Of a stretch of DNA of 64,000 bases, positions 20,381 to 30,854 are shown in pieces. The notes under the pieces were generated by a model that was not told the DNA's origin, searched no databases, and saw only the letters and a program-made list of their open reading frames with translations. This DNA is from a bacterium. Its GTDB lineage: Bacteria > Patescibacteriota > Minisyncoccia > Moranbacterales > GWC2-37-73. The stretch covers positions 110,860-174,859 of the forward strand of contig QKEW01000008.1 in the NCBI GenBank assembly GCA_003251635.1. Direction: 5' to 3'. The stretch's first letter is position 1, and every line of letters begins with the position of its first letter. The position numbers were made by a program, and so were the translations under genes.

Positions 20381-21580
20381 ATGCCACACAATTTTCACAC
20401 AACCTACAGCTTTTTGAAAAATAAAGAAATGAACTCTTTGTATATTTCCTATGCAATTTATCAGTTCGCTATGGGCTTGATTTCCATTTTTGTGCCGGTC
20501 TATCTTTATCAATCCGGCTATTGTGTGGTAGACATTCTGGTTTATTTCTTCTTGGTTTCAGTTTATTTTCTGGCTTTTGCTTTTTGGGGAGTGAAAATTG
20601 TGGAAAAAATCGGCGTTAAACACTCAATGCTTTTGGCGGTGCCGTTGAATATTATTTATTTTTTGGGTTTGAAATTCATTATTCAATTTCCGGTTTTGTT
20701 TTTTATCTTGCCGTTTTTTAAGGCGGTTAAGATGCAAATTTATAATTATGGATTTCATCTGAATTTTGTGGAACACTCTGATCGAAAAAAAGAGGGACGG
20801 GAGGTGGCTTTGATTCAAATGGGATCGCTTCTGGCCAGTGGGTTGGCGCCATTTTTTGGTGGTCTGATTATCAAATTTTCCAGTTACCCGATTCTTTTTA
20901 TTGTCGGGTCAATCTTGCTTTTTGTTTCAGCTTTTCCTCTTTTTCTGACTAAGGATAAACACGAAAAAGTTCAATTTAGCCGTCAAGACTTATTTGGAGA
21001 TATTTTCAAAAAGGAAAATCGGGGAGTTTTATTGAATTTTAGCGGTTATGCAGTTGAGTCCTGGATCGGATTTATTTTGTGGCCGCTTTTTCTGTTTATT
21101 ATTTTGAAAAGCAGTGAAGCGGTGGGAGCGGTGGCTTCTCTTTCAATGATCTTAACTCTGGTTGTTTTTTATTTCGTCGGTCGCAAAACGGATGGGAGTG
21201 ACAAAGAAAAAATGCTCAAAGTCAGCTCGGTTTTTTATTCGGTTGGTTGGATTTCGCGTCTTTTTGCCTATAACTTCACCTCAGTTTTTTTGGTGGACAC
21301 TTATAAGAATCTTTCCATGCGTTTCATTCAAATTCCTTGGAGTGCCAATTTTTATGAGCAAGCCAAAAAAAGAAATCATTTTTATTTTATTGTTGAGCGG
21401 GAGTTCATTTTTCATTTCGCCAGGATTATTTTAATGCCGCTGCTGATTGCAATTTTCTATTTCGATTGGCTGCCATTTCGAATTTCTTTTACCCTAGCTG
21501 CTTTCGCTTCACTTTTCTATGCCTTTTCAATCAAAAAAAATTCCCCAACGGAGAATTTAGCTACAAACAAATCTTTTTAA
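20381..21580 (+). CDS. MFS-type transporter
   Basis: About 12 TM segments; KIVEKIGVK and GRKTD loop motifs. Confidence 0.75.
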   Translation: MPHNFHTTYSFLKNKEMNSLYISYAIYQFAMGLISIFVPVYLYQSGYCVVDILVYFFLVSVYFLAFAFWGVKIVEKIGVKHSMLLAVPLNIIYFLGLKFIIQFPVLFFILPFFKAVKMQIYNYGFHLNFVEHSDRKKEGREVALIQMGSLLASGLAPFFGGLIIKFSSYPILFIVGSILLFVSAFPLFLTKDKHEKVQFSRQDLFGDIFKKENRGVLLNFSGYAVESWIGFILWPLFLFIILKSSEAVGAVASLSMILTLVVFYFVGRKTDGSDKEKMLKVSSVFYSVGWISRLFAYNFTSVFLVDTYKNLSMRFIQIPWSANFYEQAKKRNHFYFIVEREFIFHFARIILMPLLIAIFYFDWLPFRISFTLAAFASLFYAFSIKKNSPTENLATNKSF

Positions 21581-21588
21581 AAGAGATT

Positions 21589-24303
21589 TTAGATTTCGCC
21601 CCAGTTGTCGCCAATTTTAACATCGACCTCCAAGGGAACTTTTAGGGTTAGAACATTTTCCATGACTTTTTTGATTTCTTGGGCAAAATTTTGGGAAATT
21701 TCCTTTTTGACTTCAAAAATTATTTCGTCGTGGACCTGCAAAATGGCTCGAGCCTGTTGAGAATATTTCTCTTCAATCAATCGTTCGGTCTTGATCATGG
21801 CTAACTTGACGATATCCGAAGCCAGACCTTGAATCGGCATATTGATAGCCATTCTCTCGGCGCCGGCGGCTACTTGAAAATTGGAAGAATTGATTTGGGG
21901 CAAATAGCGGCGCCGTCCCAAAATCGTTTCGACGTAACCATTTTTTTTGGCAAATTCTCGAGTTTTTTGCATGTAATTGGCCACGCCGGCAAATTTTTTC
22001 AAGTAGGTGTCGATAAATTCCTGAGCTTGATCACGGGAAATCTTGGCACTTTGAGAAAAGCCGTAAGCCCCGATTCCGTAGATGATGCCAAAGTTCAGCG
22101 CCTTGGCGTTTCGGCGCATGTTTTTGGTTACCTGAGAAAGTGGAACCTGGTTTATTTCAGCGGCGGTTAATTGATGAATGTCAGCTCCCTGATGAAAAGT
22201 TTCCATCATTTTAGGATCTTCGCTAACGTGAGCAATGGCTCGCAGATCAATTTGAGAATAGTCGGCACCGACTAAAACGCATTCGTCTTGAGCTTCAAAA
22301 GCGGTGCGCAAAAATCTGCCCAGCTCAGTTCGAATCGGAATGTTTTGTAAATTCGGATCACTGGAAGAAAGCCGACCGGTAGCAGTCACAGCTTGATTGA
22401 AAGAGGTGTGAATGCGTGACTCTTCATCCAAAAGAAGAGGAATGACATCCAAATAAGTATTTTTCAGCTTGAAGAGTTCGCGATATTGTTCGATTTTTTC
22501 AATGATTGGGTGGAGGTCTCGAAGCTTTTCCAATTCTCCCGAGGCGGTAGAAAACTTAGTCTTGGTTTTTTTGATCAGATTGGTAGGGAGCTTAAGTTTT
22601 TCAAACAGGATGTCGGAAAGTTGGGAAGGGGAATTGATGTTGAAATTTTGTCCAGCTAAGGAATAGATGGAGTCCTCCAAGTCTTGAAGTTGCTTGGCTA
22701 ATTTTTCAGATATTCCTTGAAAGATGACAGGATTAAGCTTGATTCCGGCCAGCTCCATGTCGGCTAAAATCTTGATCAAAGGCATTTCAAGTTTTGTCAA
22801 AATATTCTCAAGGTTGTTTTTTTCGCCCAACTCTTTTTTTTGCTGGCGGGAAATTTCTTGGATTTTTTCAAACAGGATTTTGTAAAGCTTGAAATAATAG
22901 TCGGCTTTTTGACAGGCGCGTCTGGCGATAATTCCTTCGTTTTGAGTTTGAAGCATGGAAAGTTGACCTTTGGATTTTTCACCGAAATCAACTTCTTCGC
23001 CTAAGTGTTCCAGGATCAATTTTTCCAGATCGATTTTTTCTCCCGGGTTTAGCAGGTAAGTTAACAAAGTCAGATCAAAATCTTGACTGTTGAAATTAAG
23101 TTGAATTTTTTCACGAAGCAATTGTTTGTAGTCTTTTTTTAAATCAAAGCCGATTTTTCCAATCCTGTCATCTTCAAGTAACTGTTTGATTAGGGGAAAT
23201 GATTTTGCTGAAAATGGAATGAAATTGGCACGACCGGTTTTGGTGCAAAAAGCTACCCCGCTGATTTTTTGGTCGGATTGAGCCAAGCAAAAAGCGATTG
23301 GGGAATTGCTGCGGATTTCTTCAAAGATTTTTTGCCAACCATTTTCGCCGACAATTTGATATTTAAAATCAGCTACTTCCTTTTGATTTGAATCGGATTT
23401 TTGTGGGGAATTTTCGCTATCCCTGCTTTGTTCGGGTAATCTTTTGATAAGTGAGAAAAAGTTCAACTCCCTAAAAAGAGCGGTAATTTTGTCCCGATCA
23501 AATTCGTGCAAGATTGCTGAAGGTAAATCTAGTTTAACATCAACTTGGCAGTCTATGGTGGCTAATTTTTTGCTCAAAATCGCTTGGGCCTTATCTTCTT
23601 GAAGTTTGTCATGAACCGAGCCTTTGACTTGATCCAAATTTTCATAGACTTTTTCCAAGGTGCCAAATTCTTTGAGTAGTCCAGTGGCAGTCTTTTCGCC
23701 AACACCCTTAACTCCCGGAATGTTGTCGGACGGATCGCCGCGAAGTCCCTTGAAATCGCGCAGTTGGTCCGGTGAAAAGCTGTATTTTTCCCAAACAGCT
23801 TTTTCGTCAAATAAAACTGAATCGGAAAGTCCGCGTCGCATGGTGAAAACCTTGGTTTTTTCATTAACCAATTGCAAGGCATCCATATCGCCAGTCACGA
23901 TGATGGTTTCAATATTTTCTTTTTGCTGTTGGGCTTGATTGGCTAAAGTGCCTATCACGTCATCCGCTTCAAAGCCGGCTTTTTCATAGATGGGAATATT
24001 GAAAGTTTCGACCACTTTTTTAACCAAGGGAATTTGGGCGTAGAGCTCGTCAGGGGCTTTTTGGCGATGGGCTTTGTAGTCGGCAAATTCTTCGTGGCGA
24101 AAAGTCGGTCCAGCCAAATCAAAAGAAGCCGCCACGTAGTCAGGCTGGAATTGTTCAACGACTGAAAGCAAGGTGGAAGAAAAACCGTAAACGGCGTTGA
24201 CCAGTTCGCCTTTTTTGGTGGTCAGCGGTGGTAAGGCATGAAAAGCGCGGTGAATGAGCGCATTGCCGTCGATCAGGATTAATTTTTTAGGTTTATTTGG
24301 CAT
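21589..24303 (-). CDS. polA: DNA polymerase I
   Basis: LIDGNALIHRAFHA, GDPSDNIPGV, TGRLSSSDPNLQNIP, ADYSQID, LQVHDE motifs. Confidence 0.99.
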   Translation of the reverse strand: MPNKPKKLILIDGNALIHRAFHALPPLTTKKGELVNAVYGFSSTLLSVVEQFQPDYVAASFDLAGPTFRHEEFADYKAHRQKAPDELYAQIPLVKKVVETFNIPIYEKAGFEADDVIGTLANQAQQQKENIETIIVTGDMDALQLVNEKTKVFTMRRGLSDSVLFDEKAVWEKYSFSPDQLRDFKGLRGDPSDNIPGVKGVGEKTATGLLKEFGTLEKVYENLDQVKGSVHDKLQEDKAQAILSKKLATIDCQVDVKLDLPSAILHEFDRDKITALFRELNFFSLIKRLPEQSRDSENSPQKSDSNQKEVADFKYQIVGENGWQKIFEEIRSNSPIAFCLAQSDQKISGVAFCTKTGRANFIPFSAKSFPLIKQLLEDDRIGKIGFDLKKDYKQLLREKIQLNFNSQDFDLTLLTYLLNPGEKIDLEKLILEHLGEEVDFGEKSKGQLSMLQTQNEGIIARRACQKADYYFKLYKILFEKIQEISRQQKKELGEKNNLENILTKLEMPLIKILADMELAGIKLNPVIFQGISEKLAKQLQDLEDSIYSLAGQNFNINSPSQLSDILFEKLKLPTNLIKKTKTKFSTASGELEKLRDLHPIIEKIEQYRELFKLKNTYLDVIPLLLDEESRIHTSFNQAVTATGRLSSSDPNLQNIPIRTELGRFLRTAFEAQDECVLVGADYSQIDLRAIAHVSEDPKMMETFHQGADIHQLTAAEINQVPLSQVTKNMRRNAKALNFGIIYGIGAYGFSQSAKISRDQAQEFIDTYLKKFAGVANYMQKTREFAKKNGYVETILGRRRYLPQINSSNFQVAAGAERMAINMPIQGLASDIVKLAMIKTERLIEEKYSQQARAILQVHDEIIFEVKKEISQNFAQEIKKVMENVLTLKVPLEVDVKIGDNWGEI

Positions 24304-24531
24304 GGTTTAAGTATAAAATGTCCAGGGAAATATGACAATGATTTTTAAAAATAAAAAAACGTCTGGTTAATATTTACCGGTTGATGTTAGCCACCCACCA
24401 AAAATATAGGCTGATTGTTTTGGAAAGAAAAACGGGTTAAAATGGTAGTACAATTTGGACAACAGCTTTTGGGCTGGATTTTGACGGGGCTTTGGGGTCT
24501 TAACAAAATATCGTTGATATGCTTTTCCAAT

Positions 24532-24567
24532 AAAAAGCCCCCTAGCTTTAACAGCAGGGGGCTTTTT
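24532..24567. terminator. Bidirectional intrinsic terminator
   Basis: aaaaagccccct / agggggcttttt 12-bp inverted repeat. Confidence 0.7.
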
Positions 24568-24678
24568 CTATGTCTCATTTTTTATTTTTAGAGAGTTTAA
24601 GTTTCCAATTTTCCAGCGCTGAAAAAATTTCCAAAAACAATATTAAAAAAATCCTGATTTTAGCTGAAAGATAAATTT

Positions 24679-25398
24679 TTATTTTTCAATCAATTCAACT
24701 GAATCAATCGTGATTTTTTCCAAAGGTTGATCTTGCGAATTGGTGGCGGATTTTTCAATCTGGTCAATCACTTCCATTCCGGAAATCACTTGGCCAAAGT
24801 TGGTGTGATGACCATCAAGCCAAGGAGTCGCCTCAGCGGTGACAATGAAAAACTGTGAGCCATTGGTGTTGGGTCCCGAGTTGGCCATAGCCAGTGAACC
24901 GCGAACCAATTTTTCATCGTTGATCTCGTCGTTAAATTTATAGCCTGGGTCGCCGGTTCCGACTGCCACTTTGGTCCAGTCTGCTTGCTTGGAAAGCGGA
25001 TCGCCGCCTTGAATCATGAAATCTTTGATGACTCGGTGAAAAGCGGTGTCGTCATAGAAATTTTCTTGAGCCAATTTGAGAAAATTTTCAACGGTTTGGG
25101 GTGATTTATCGGCGAAAAATTTCACTTCAATGTCACCCAAGGAAGTTTTCAAAATTGCCCGGTCATATTTTTGGATCAACTCCAAATTTTCATTTTCCAT
25201 AGAATTTTCGTTAATTTTATTATTTTCTTGTTGGACTGCTTGATTGATTTTCTCTTCGGCTGTCTTTTTGGTTTCCAATAAATCGGAAACGTAGTTGGAA
25301 GATTCTTTTTGAGCGGATTTTTCTTGAGGATTGGTATTTATTTTGTAATAGGCAAAGGCAGCTAGGACAATAAGAACAAAAAGGATGATTTTTTTCAT
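24679..25398 (-). CDS. Membrane-anchored cyclophilin-type peptidyl-prolyl isomerase
   Basis: FHRVIKDFMIQGGD, AMANSGPNTNGSQFFI, WLDGHHTNFG motifs. Confidence 0.96.
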   Translation of the reverse strand: MKKIILFVLIVLAAFAYYKINTNPQEKSAQKESSNYVSDLLETKKTAEEKINQAVQQENNKINENSMENENLELIQKYDRAILKTSLGDIEVKFFADKSPQTVENFLKLAQENFYDDTAFHRVIKDFMIQGGDPLSKQADWTKVAVGTGDPGYKFNDEINDEKLVRGSLAMANSGPNTNGSQFFIVTAEATPWLDGHHTNFGQVISGMEVIDQIEKSATNSQDQPLEKITIDSVELIEK

Positions 25399-25405
25399 AA
25401 ATTTT

Positions 25406-25873
25406 TTATTTTAAAATTATTTCTCGTCTATTTCCATCCAGATGACGAAAGTTCAGCCAAATGGAATTTTCCGGCAAAAGCTCAAGAATTTTTTCCGGCC
25501 ACTCCACAATAATAACGCAATTTTTCTTTTGGAGGAAATCTGGCCAACCTAGATCTAACAAATCTTGGGAACTGATGCGATAGGCGTCAATGTGGATGGC
25601 TTCCACAATCGATGAATAATTGTTGTTTGTTTTTAGTTGTGAGTTGTCAGTTTTTCGGTTATCAGTTTTTCGGTAGTTTTTCAAAATGGCAAAAGTCGGA
25701 CTGGTAAAAGGGCCTTCGAAGCCTAATTCATTCAAGAGTCCCTGGGTAAAAGTTGTTTTGCCTCCACCCAAATCTCCCTCCAAGCACAAAACTTGGCCAC
25801 CGGAAAGTTTTTGAGCCATTTTCCGAGCCAAATCTTGAGTCTCAAGTGGATTTTGGGTGATGAATTTTTCCAT
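25406..25873 (-). CDS. tsaE: tRNA t6A biosynthesis ATPase TsaE (with a repeat-derived insertion)
   Basis: GDLGGGKTTF, SPTF, HIDAYR, IVEWPE motifs. Confidence 0.95.
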   Translation of the reverse strand: MEKFITQNPLETQDLARKMAQKLSGGQVLCLEGDLGGGKTTFTQGLLNELGFEGPFTSPTFAILKNYRKTDNRKTDNSQLKTNNNYSSIVEAIHIDAYRISSQDLLDLGWPDFLQKKNCVIIVEWPEKILELLPENSIWLNFRHLDGNRREIILK

Positions 25874-25923
25874 ACCTAAAGCTTAGATTATTTTGGGCAA
25901 AAAGAAAATACCCGCCTCGGAAA

Positions 25924-26181
25924 CTAGTTTCCAAAGCGGGCATTGATTGATCTGCCATTATAACGGATGCGAGCATTATCCGTTTTGATGGAGAATTCGA
26001 ATTTTTGCATAACAATACCGGAGGGTTCTTCTTTGCGGTATTGTTCTTTCGGTGGCCGGCTGGCATCCAGTGCTGACCAGGTTTGGCTACTTGGGTCATA
26101 GACCCGAATAGTGTTCCTTGGGGCGGCGCAACCGCCGAGAAACAGCCCCAGCAACAGCGTCATAACCAACATTTTTTTCAT
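25924..26181 (-). CDS. Orphan lipoprotein
   Basis: Lipobox LGGC; GAGGAGG SD; TTGACA-17-TATGCT upstream. Confidence 0.75.
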   Translation of the reverse strand: MKKMLVMTLLLGLFLGGCAAPRNTIRVYDPSSQTWSALDASRPPKEQYRKEEPSGIVMQKFEFSIKTDNARIRYNGRSINARFGN

Positions 26182-26450
26182 AAAACCTCCTCGGACGCTC
26201 GGCGTCCTTTTTTTGAATAAGGAACTAATCTAAGCTAACAATATAGCATAGCATATTTTTCCAATTTTGTCAAGTCGGAAAAAGGCGCCAATTGACACGC
26301 CGAAAAAAGCCTGATAAATTGGAAGACTGGCCGAAGGCGTGTGGCGCGTAGCTCATAGCGCCAAGCACGAAATGCGCAATGAATTAACTCAAAATCAAAA
26401 GCTATTAACCTAAAACCTAACCGCCTAAAAACTAAAAACTGCTAACCAAT

Positions 26451-27584
26451 ATGGTTTTAGATCAGGAGAAACAATTTGAAAAAATCATTACTGAATCTGA
26501 GGAAATTTTGATTTTGTTGCCAAGAAATCCCAGTGGAGATTCAATCGGTTCGGCTTGGGCGCTGAGCTTTTTTTTGCAGAAAAAAGATAAAAAGGCCACG
26601 ATTGTTTTTGAAGATGGATCAGTTGGGGATAAATATGATTTTTTGCCTAAACCGGAGAAGGTTTTGCATGAACTTTCCGGTACGCAGGATTTTATTTTGT
26701 CTTTCAATACCAAGTTCAATAAAATCGTTGATATCAAAACGGAAAAATTGGACGAAGAGCTTCGAGTCTATATCACGCCGGAAAAGGGCTCCATTGATCC
26801 GCGTGATTTTTCCTTTATTCCTTCGCGCTTTAAATATGACGCCCTGATTGTTTTGGGCAGTCCCGATCGGGAGTCTTTGGGAAAAATTTTTGAGGATAAT
26901 CCGGATATTTTCTATGAAGTGCCGGTGATTAATATTGATTTTCATCCGGAAAATGATCGTTTTGGACAAATGAATGTTTTGGATATGGCCGCTTCTTCAG
27001 TGGCAGAGATTTTGTTTGATATGTTGGAGAAAATTGATGAAAATTCTTTGGATGAAAAAATTTCCTTGTGTTTGCTAACGGCTATTATTGAAGCGACTAA
27101 CAGTTTTCAAAATCAAAAAACTACGCCGAAATCCTTGTTGATGTCAGCCACTTTGATGAATAAGGGAGCGGACCAGCAAAAGATTATTCGCTATCTGTAC
27201 AAAACCCAGCCTTTTTCAGTTTTAAAGCTTTGGGGTCGGGTGATGGCGCGACTGCGCTGGGTGGAAGATTGCGCTTTAGTTTGGGCGCCGGTTCTTTTGG
27301 AAGATTTTGTGCAAAGTCGTTCCAATCCGAAAGAAGTCGGGTTGATTTTGGATAAAATCATGGAAAATTATTCTCAGGGCAAGATTTTTATGGTTGTTTA
27401 CGCTAAAGACAATGAAAAAACCCAGGTAATAATAAAATCCAGCGAATTGCAGGTCATTAAAAAATTGGCAGCTATTTTTGATGGAAAAATAAGCGCCGGT
27501 GTGGTGGAATTTTCTCAAGATGAAAATAATCTTCAAGCAGTTGGAGAAAAAATCAGCGAGAAAATAAGCGAAATCCTGACTTAA
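26451..27584 (+). CDS. DHH/NrnA-like phosphoesterase with degenerate motifs
   Basis: PRNPSGDSIGS, INIDFHPEND, SSVAEI, IIEATNSF motifs. Confidence 0.8.
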   Translation: MVLDQEKQFEKIITESEEILILLPRNPSGDSIGSAWALSFFLQKKDKKATIVFEDGSVGDKYDFLPKPEKVLHELSGTQDFILSFNTKFNKIVDIKTEKLDEELRVYITPEKGSIDPRDFSFIPSRFKYDALIVLGSPDRESLGKIFEDNPDIFYEVPVINIDFHPENDRFGQMNVLDMAASSVAEILFDMLEKIDENSLDEKISLCLLTAIIEATNSFQNQKTTPKSLLMSATLMNKGADQQKIIRYLYKTQPFSVLKLWGRVMARLRWVEDCALVWAPVLLEDFVQSRSNPKEVGLILDKIMENYSQGKIFMVVYAKDNEKTQVIIKSSELQVIKKLAAIFDGKISAGVVEFSQDENNLQAVGEKISEKISEILT

Positions 27585-27744
27585 TTTTTGAAAGAAATCG
27601 AACTGGGTTTTTGGTAAAAATTTTTTGGCAGACCTCTGCAGTCTGTTTTTTGTTTGGGTATAAATCAGGTATGTATGTCAACTTGCTCTTGGGTTGATAC
27701 CGTTTTATAATTAAAATCAGAAGAAATAAAAAAGAAACAAAAAA

Positions 27745-30700
27745 ATGGTTAAGGTTGATAAAAATAATTCAAGCGGTTTTGCTCAAAGCGACGATACTGA
27801 CAAATTGCTCAGAAAAATGCGCGATGAATCTGAGGAGCAACAAGCGGCTAGAATTGCTGATGAAAACAAACTTACTTATATAGATTTGAATATTTTTCCG
27901 GTCAGCATTGAAGATGTGCGAACAGTTTCTTTTGAAGATTCAAAAAAATATCAGATAACTGTTTTTCAAAAAACCGGAAGAGAGGTTCATGTGGCTTTGA
28001 TTGATCCGAAAAATAAAGAAACTTTGGATTTTATCGAGTCGCTTAAAAATGACAACGGTTGGAACATGCACATCTACGTGATTTCCTTGTCTTCTTTGAA
28101 GAAAATCTGGAAGCGCTACGAAGAAGCTCCTTTCATGGCCAGCTTGGAGAAAATGCAAATTTCTTTGACGGGTAGTGATTTGGAAAAATTCGAACAAGAC
28201 TTTGGCGGTCTTTTGGAACTTAAGAAAAAAATTCGGGACATTCCAACTACTCAGGTAGTGACGATCATTATGGCTGGAGCGGTTAAAATGAAAGCCAGTG
28301 ACGTTCATTTTGAACCGCAGAAAGAACAGGTGCGTTTACGTTTTCGTATCGACGGTGTTTTGCAAGAAATTGGAGATTTGCCGCCGGATATTTATCGATT
28401 CATTCTTTCGCGCATCAAGATGATGGGCAAGATGAAAATCAACGTGCGCGATATGGCTCAGGACGGACATTTTTCGATTGATTTGGAAAATGGCGGATTT
28501 AATGTGCGGGTCAACACTATCCCGGGAAATCATGGCGAATCTATTGTGATGCGTCTTTTGAATCAATCGGACATCATGCTTTCAGTTGAAGATTTGGGGC
28601 TTCGCGGTTTGGCCTATGAGCAACTTCAAAAACAAATTGAGCAACCCAACGGAATGATTCTAACTACCGGTCCAACTGGCAGCGGAAAGACTACCACGCT
28701 TTATGCGATTATCAACAAGCTCAATACGCCAGATATTAAGATCATTACGATTGAAGATCCGATCGAATATGAGGTTAAGGGTATTTCCCAAACTCAAATT
28801 GAAAAAGACCGTAATTATACTTTTGCCGAGGGCCTTAGGGCGATCGTGCGTCAAGATCCGGATGTGATTTTGGTGGGTGAAATTCGTGATGAGGAAACTT
28901 CGGACATTTCAGTCAACGCGGCTTTGACTGGTCACTTGGTGCTTTCAACTTTGCATACCAATAACGCGCCGGCTTCAATTCCGCGTTTTATTGAATTGGG
29001 GGTTAAGCCGAATTTGATCGCGCCTTCAGTCAATGCTTTTATTGCCCAACGTTTAGTCCGAAAACTTTGTGAACATTGCAAAGAGGCCTACACGCCGGCT
29101 CAAGAAACAATTTCTTCAATTAAGAAAATTCTTTCAATCATTTCACCCAAAGCCAAAGTTGAAATTCCTAAAAATATCGAAAAATTGTATCGCCCAGTTG
29201 GTTGTCCGAAATGTCATAATCTGGGCTATAAGGGTCGAATTGGAATTTTTGAAGTTTTGACCATCAATGAAGAAATTGAAAAATTGATTTTGGAAATGGG
29301 CGGCGAAAGGGAAATTGCTCAAGCGGCTATGGAAGATGGAATGATAACGATGGCTCAAGACGGAATTCTCAAGGCGGTTAGCGGGGAAACTTCCATGGAA
29401 GAAGTTTGGCGGGCGACTGGGCAAAGTGAGTTTTTAGAAACGATCTATGAAAAATTGATGGAGCAATCCTTGTCGCGATCAATCACGGTTTCTGAAAATG
29501 ATTTGCAGAAAGTTTCGCAAAATCTGGATTCGATTGAAAAATTGGGAGAGCTGATCAAGGGGGCTAACCAAAAGGCTATTGCTAAATATATTTTTGCCAG
29601 CAGTTTGCTTTTGGGAGTGGGTGACATTCATATTGAGCCCGAAGAAAAAGATGTGAAGATTCGTTATCGAATTGATGGGATTTTACAAACCATCGCAACT
29701 ATTCCTTTGGATGAATATCCAAGTTTTTTGGGTGAAATAAAATTTCTAAGCGGATTTAAGGCGGACGTGCGAGACGGAGTTAAGGATAGCCGTTTTGCAA
29801 TTGAGCTGGAAAAACCTTTTGAAAAATTGACAGAAACCAAAGTGGATGTGCGCGTCTCGATTATTTTGGGTGGTTTTGGAGAAACGGTGGTTATGCGACT
29901 CCTTAGCAAATCAGCAGTGGCTTTGGATTTGACCAAGTTGGGAATTCGACAGCAAACACTGGATAAGATCATGCATGTCATCAAAAAACCCAATGGTATT
30001 TTTCTTAACACCGGACCGACCGGTAGTGGAAAGACTACCACGCTGTATAGTATTTTGGGAATTTTGAATCAGCCGGAAGTTAAGATCATAACAGTGGAAG
30101 ATCCGATTGAATATCAAATGGAAGGTGTTTTGCAAACTCAAGTTAATGAGGAAGCCAATTACACTTTTTCCACGGCCCTTAGATCGCTTTTGCGTCAAAA
30201 TCCGGACATCATGATGATTGGAGAAATTCGCGACAATGAAACGGCTAATATCGCAGTTCAAGCCGCTTTGACTGGTCATGCTATCTTTTCGACGCTGCAC
30301 ACTAATGATGCGGCCGCTTCGATTCATCGTTTGCTTAATATGGAAGTGGAAAGCGATGATTTAGCCACGGCTATCAATGCTCTAATGGCGCAAAGATTGG
30401 GACGCAAGCTTTGTGAGTGCAAAGAAAAAGTCATGCCGACTGCCGAGGAGAAAAAACACATTGAAGAAGTTTTAGCGACGATTTCTCAAAAGGCTGGAGT
30501 GGAGATTCCAAAAGTGGAATTTATCTATAAGCCCAAGGGCTGTGAAAAATGTAATCACATTGGGTATAGGGGTCGTACAACCATCACGGAAGTTTTGGTG
30601 GTCGATCGGGATGTGCAGGAATTGATTTCGACTCATGCGCTTTCTTCGCAAATCAAAGACAAGGCGGTCGAAAACGGCATGATCACCATGCTCCAAGACG

Positions 30701-30765
30701 GAATTTTGAAAGTTATGGAAGGCGAAACGACCTTGGAAGAAGTGGGCAGGATGGTTGGGGAATAA
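27745..30765 (+). CDS. pilB: PilB/GspE-family assembly ATPase with two tandem motor domains
   Basis: GPTGSGKTTTLY, EDPIEY, RQxPD..GEIRD, STLHTN and Cys motifs each occur twice in 1006 aa. Confidence 0.9.
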   Translation: MVKVDKNNSSGFAQSDDTDKLLRKMRDESEEQQAARIADENKLTYIDLNIFPVSIEDVRTVSFEDSKKYQITVFQKTGREVHVALIDPKNKETLDFIESLKNDNGWNMHIYVISLSSLKKIWKRYEEAPFMASLEKMQISLTGSDLEKFEQDFGGLLELKKKIRDIPTTQVVTIIMAGAVKMKASDVHFEPQKEQVRLRFRIDGVLQEIGDLPPDIYRFILSRIKMMGKMKINVRDMAQDGHFSIDLENGGFNVRVNTIPGNHGESIVMRLLNQSDIMLSVEDLGLRGLAYEQLQKQIEQPNGMILTTGPTGSGKTTTLYAIINKLNTPDIKIITIEDPIEYEVKGISQTQIEKDRNYTFAEGLRAIVRQDPDVILVGEIRDEETSDISVNAALTGHLVLSTLHTNNAPASIPRFIELGVKPNLIAPSVNAFIAQRLVRKLCEHCKEAYTPAQETISSIKKILSIISPKAKVEIPKNIEKLYRPVGCPKCHNLGYKGRIGIFEVLTINEEIEKLILEMGGEREIAQAAMEDGMITMAQDGILKAVSGETSMEEVWRATGQSEFLETIYEKLMEQSLSRSITVSENDLQKVSQNLDSIEKLGELIKGANQKAIAKYIFASSLLLGVGDIHIEPEEKDVKIRYRIDGILQTIATIPLDEYPSFLGEIKFLSGFKADVRDGVKDSRFAIELEKPFEKLTETKVDVRVSIILGGFGETVVMRLLSKSAVALDLTKLGIRQQTLDKIMHVIKKPNGIFLNTGPTGSGKTTTLYSILGILNQPEVKIITVEDPIEYQMEGVLQTQVNEEANYTFSTALRSLLRQNPDIMMIGEIRDNETANIAVQAALTGHAIFSTLHTNDAAASIHRLLNMEVESDDLATAINALMAQRLGRKLCECKEKVMPTAEEKKHIEEVLATISQKAGVEIPKVEFIYKPKGCEKCNHIGYRGRTTITEVLVVDRDVQELISTHALSSQIKDKAVENGMITMLQDGILKVMEGETTLEEVGRMVGE

Positions 30766-30854
30766 GCGATATTTTTTAGTATTAGGGATATTTATATCCC
30801 ACAGTTTAGTTGATAATCTTTTGACTTTTTAATCCATCTCTTTGTTTTTTTATC

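Noticed and set aside
20315-20512. N-terminal extension of MutM in the ORF track
   Set aside because: MutM needs an N-terminal Pro (MPELPEV), and the extension overlaps the divergent MFS gene
24304-24678. Possible gene or ncRNA between polA and the cyclophilin gene
   Set aside because: Only a terminator hairpin is supportable; the short ORFs lack motifs and clear starts
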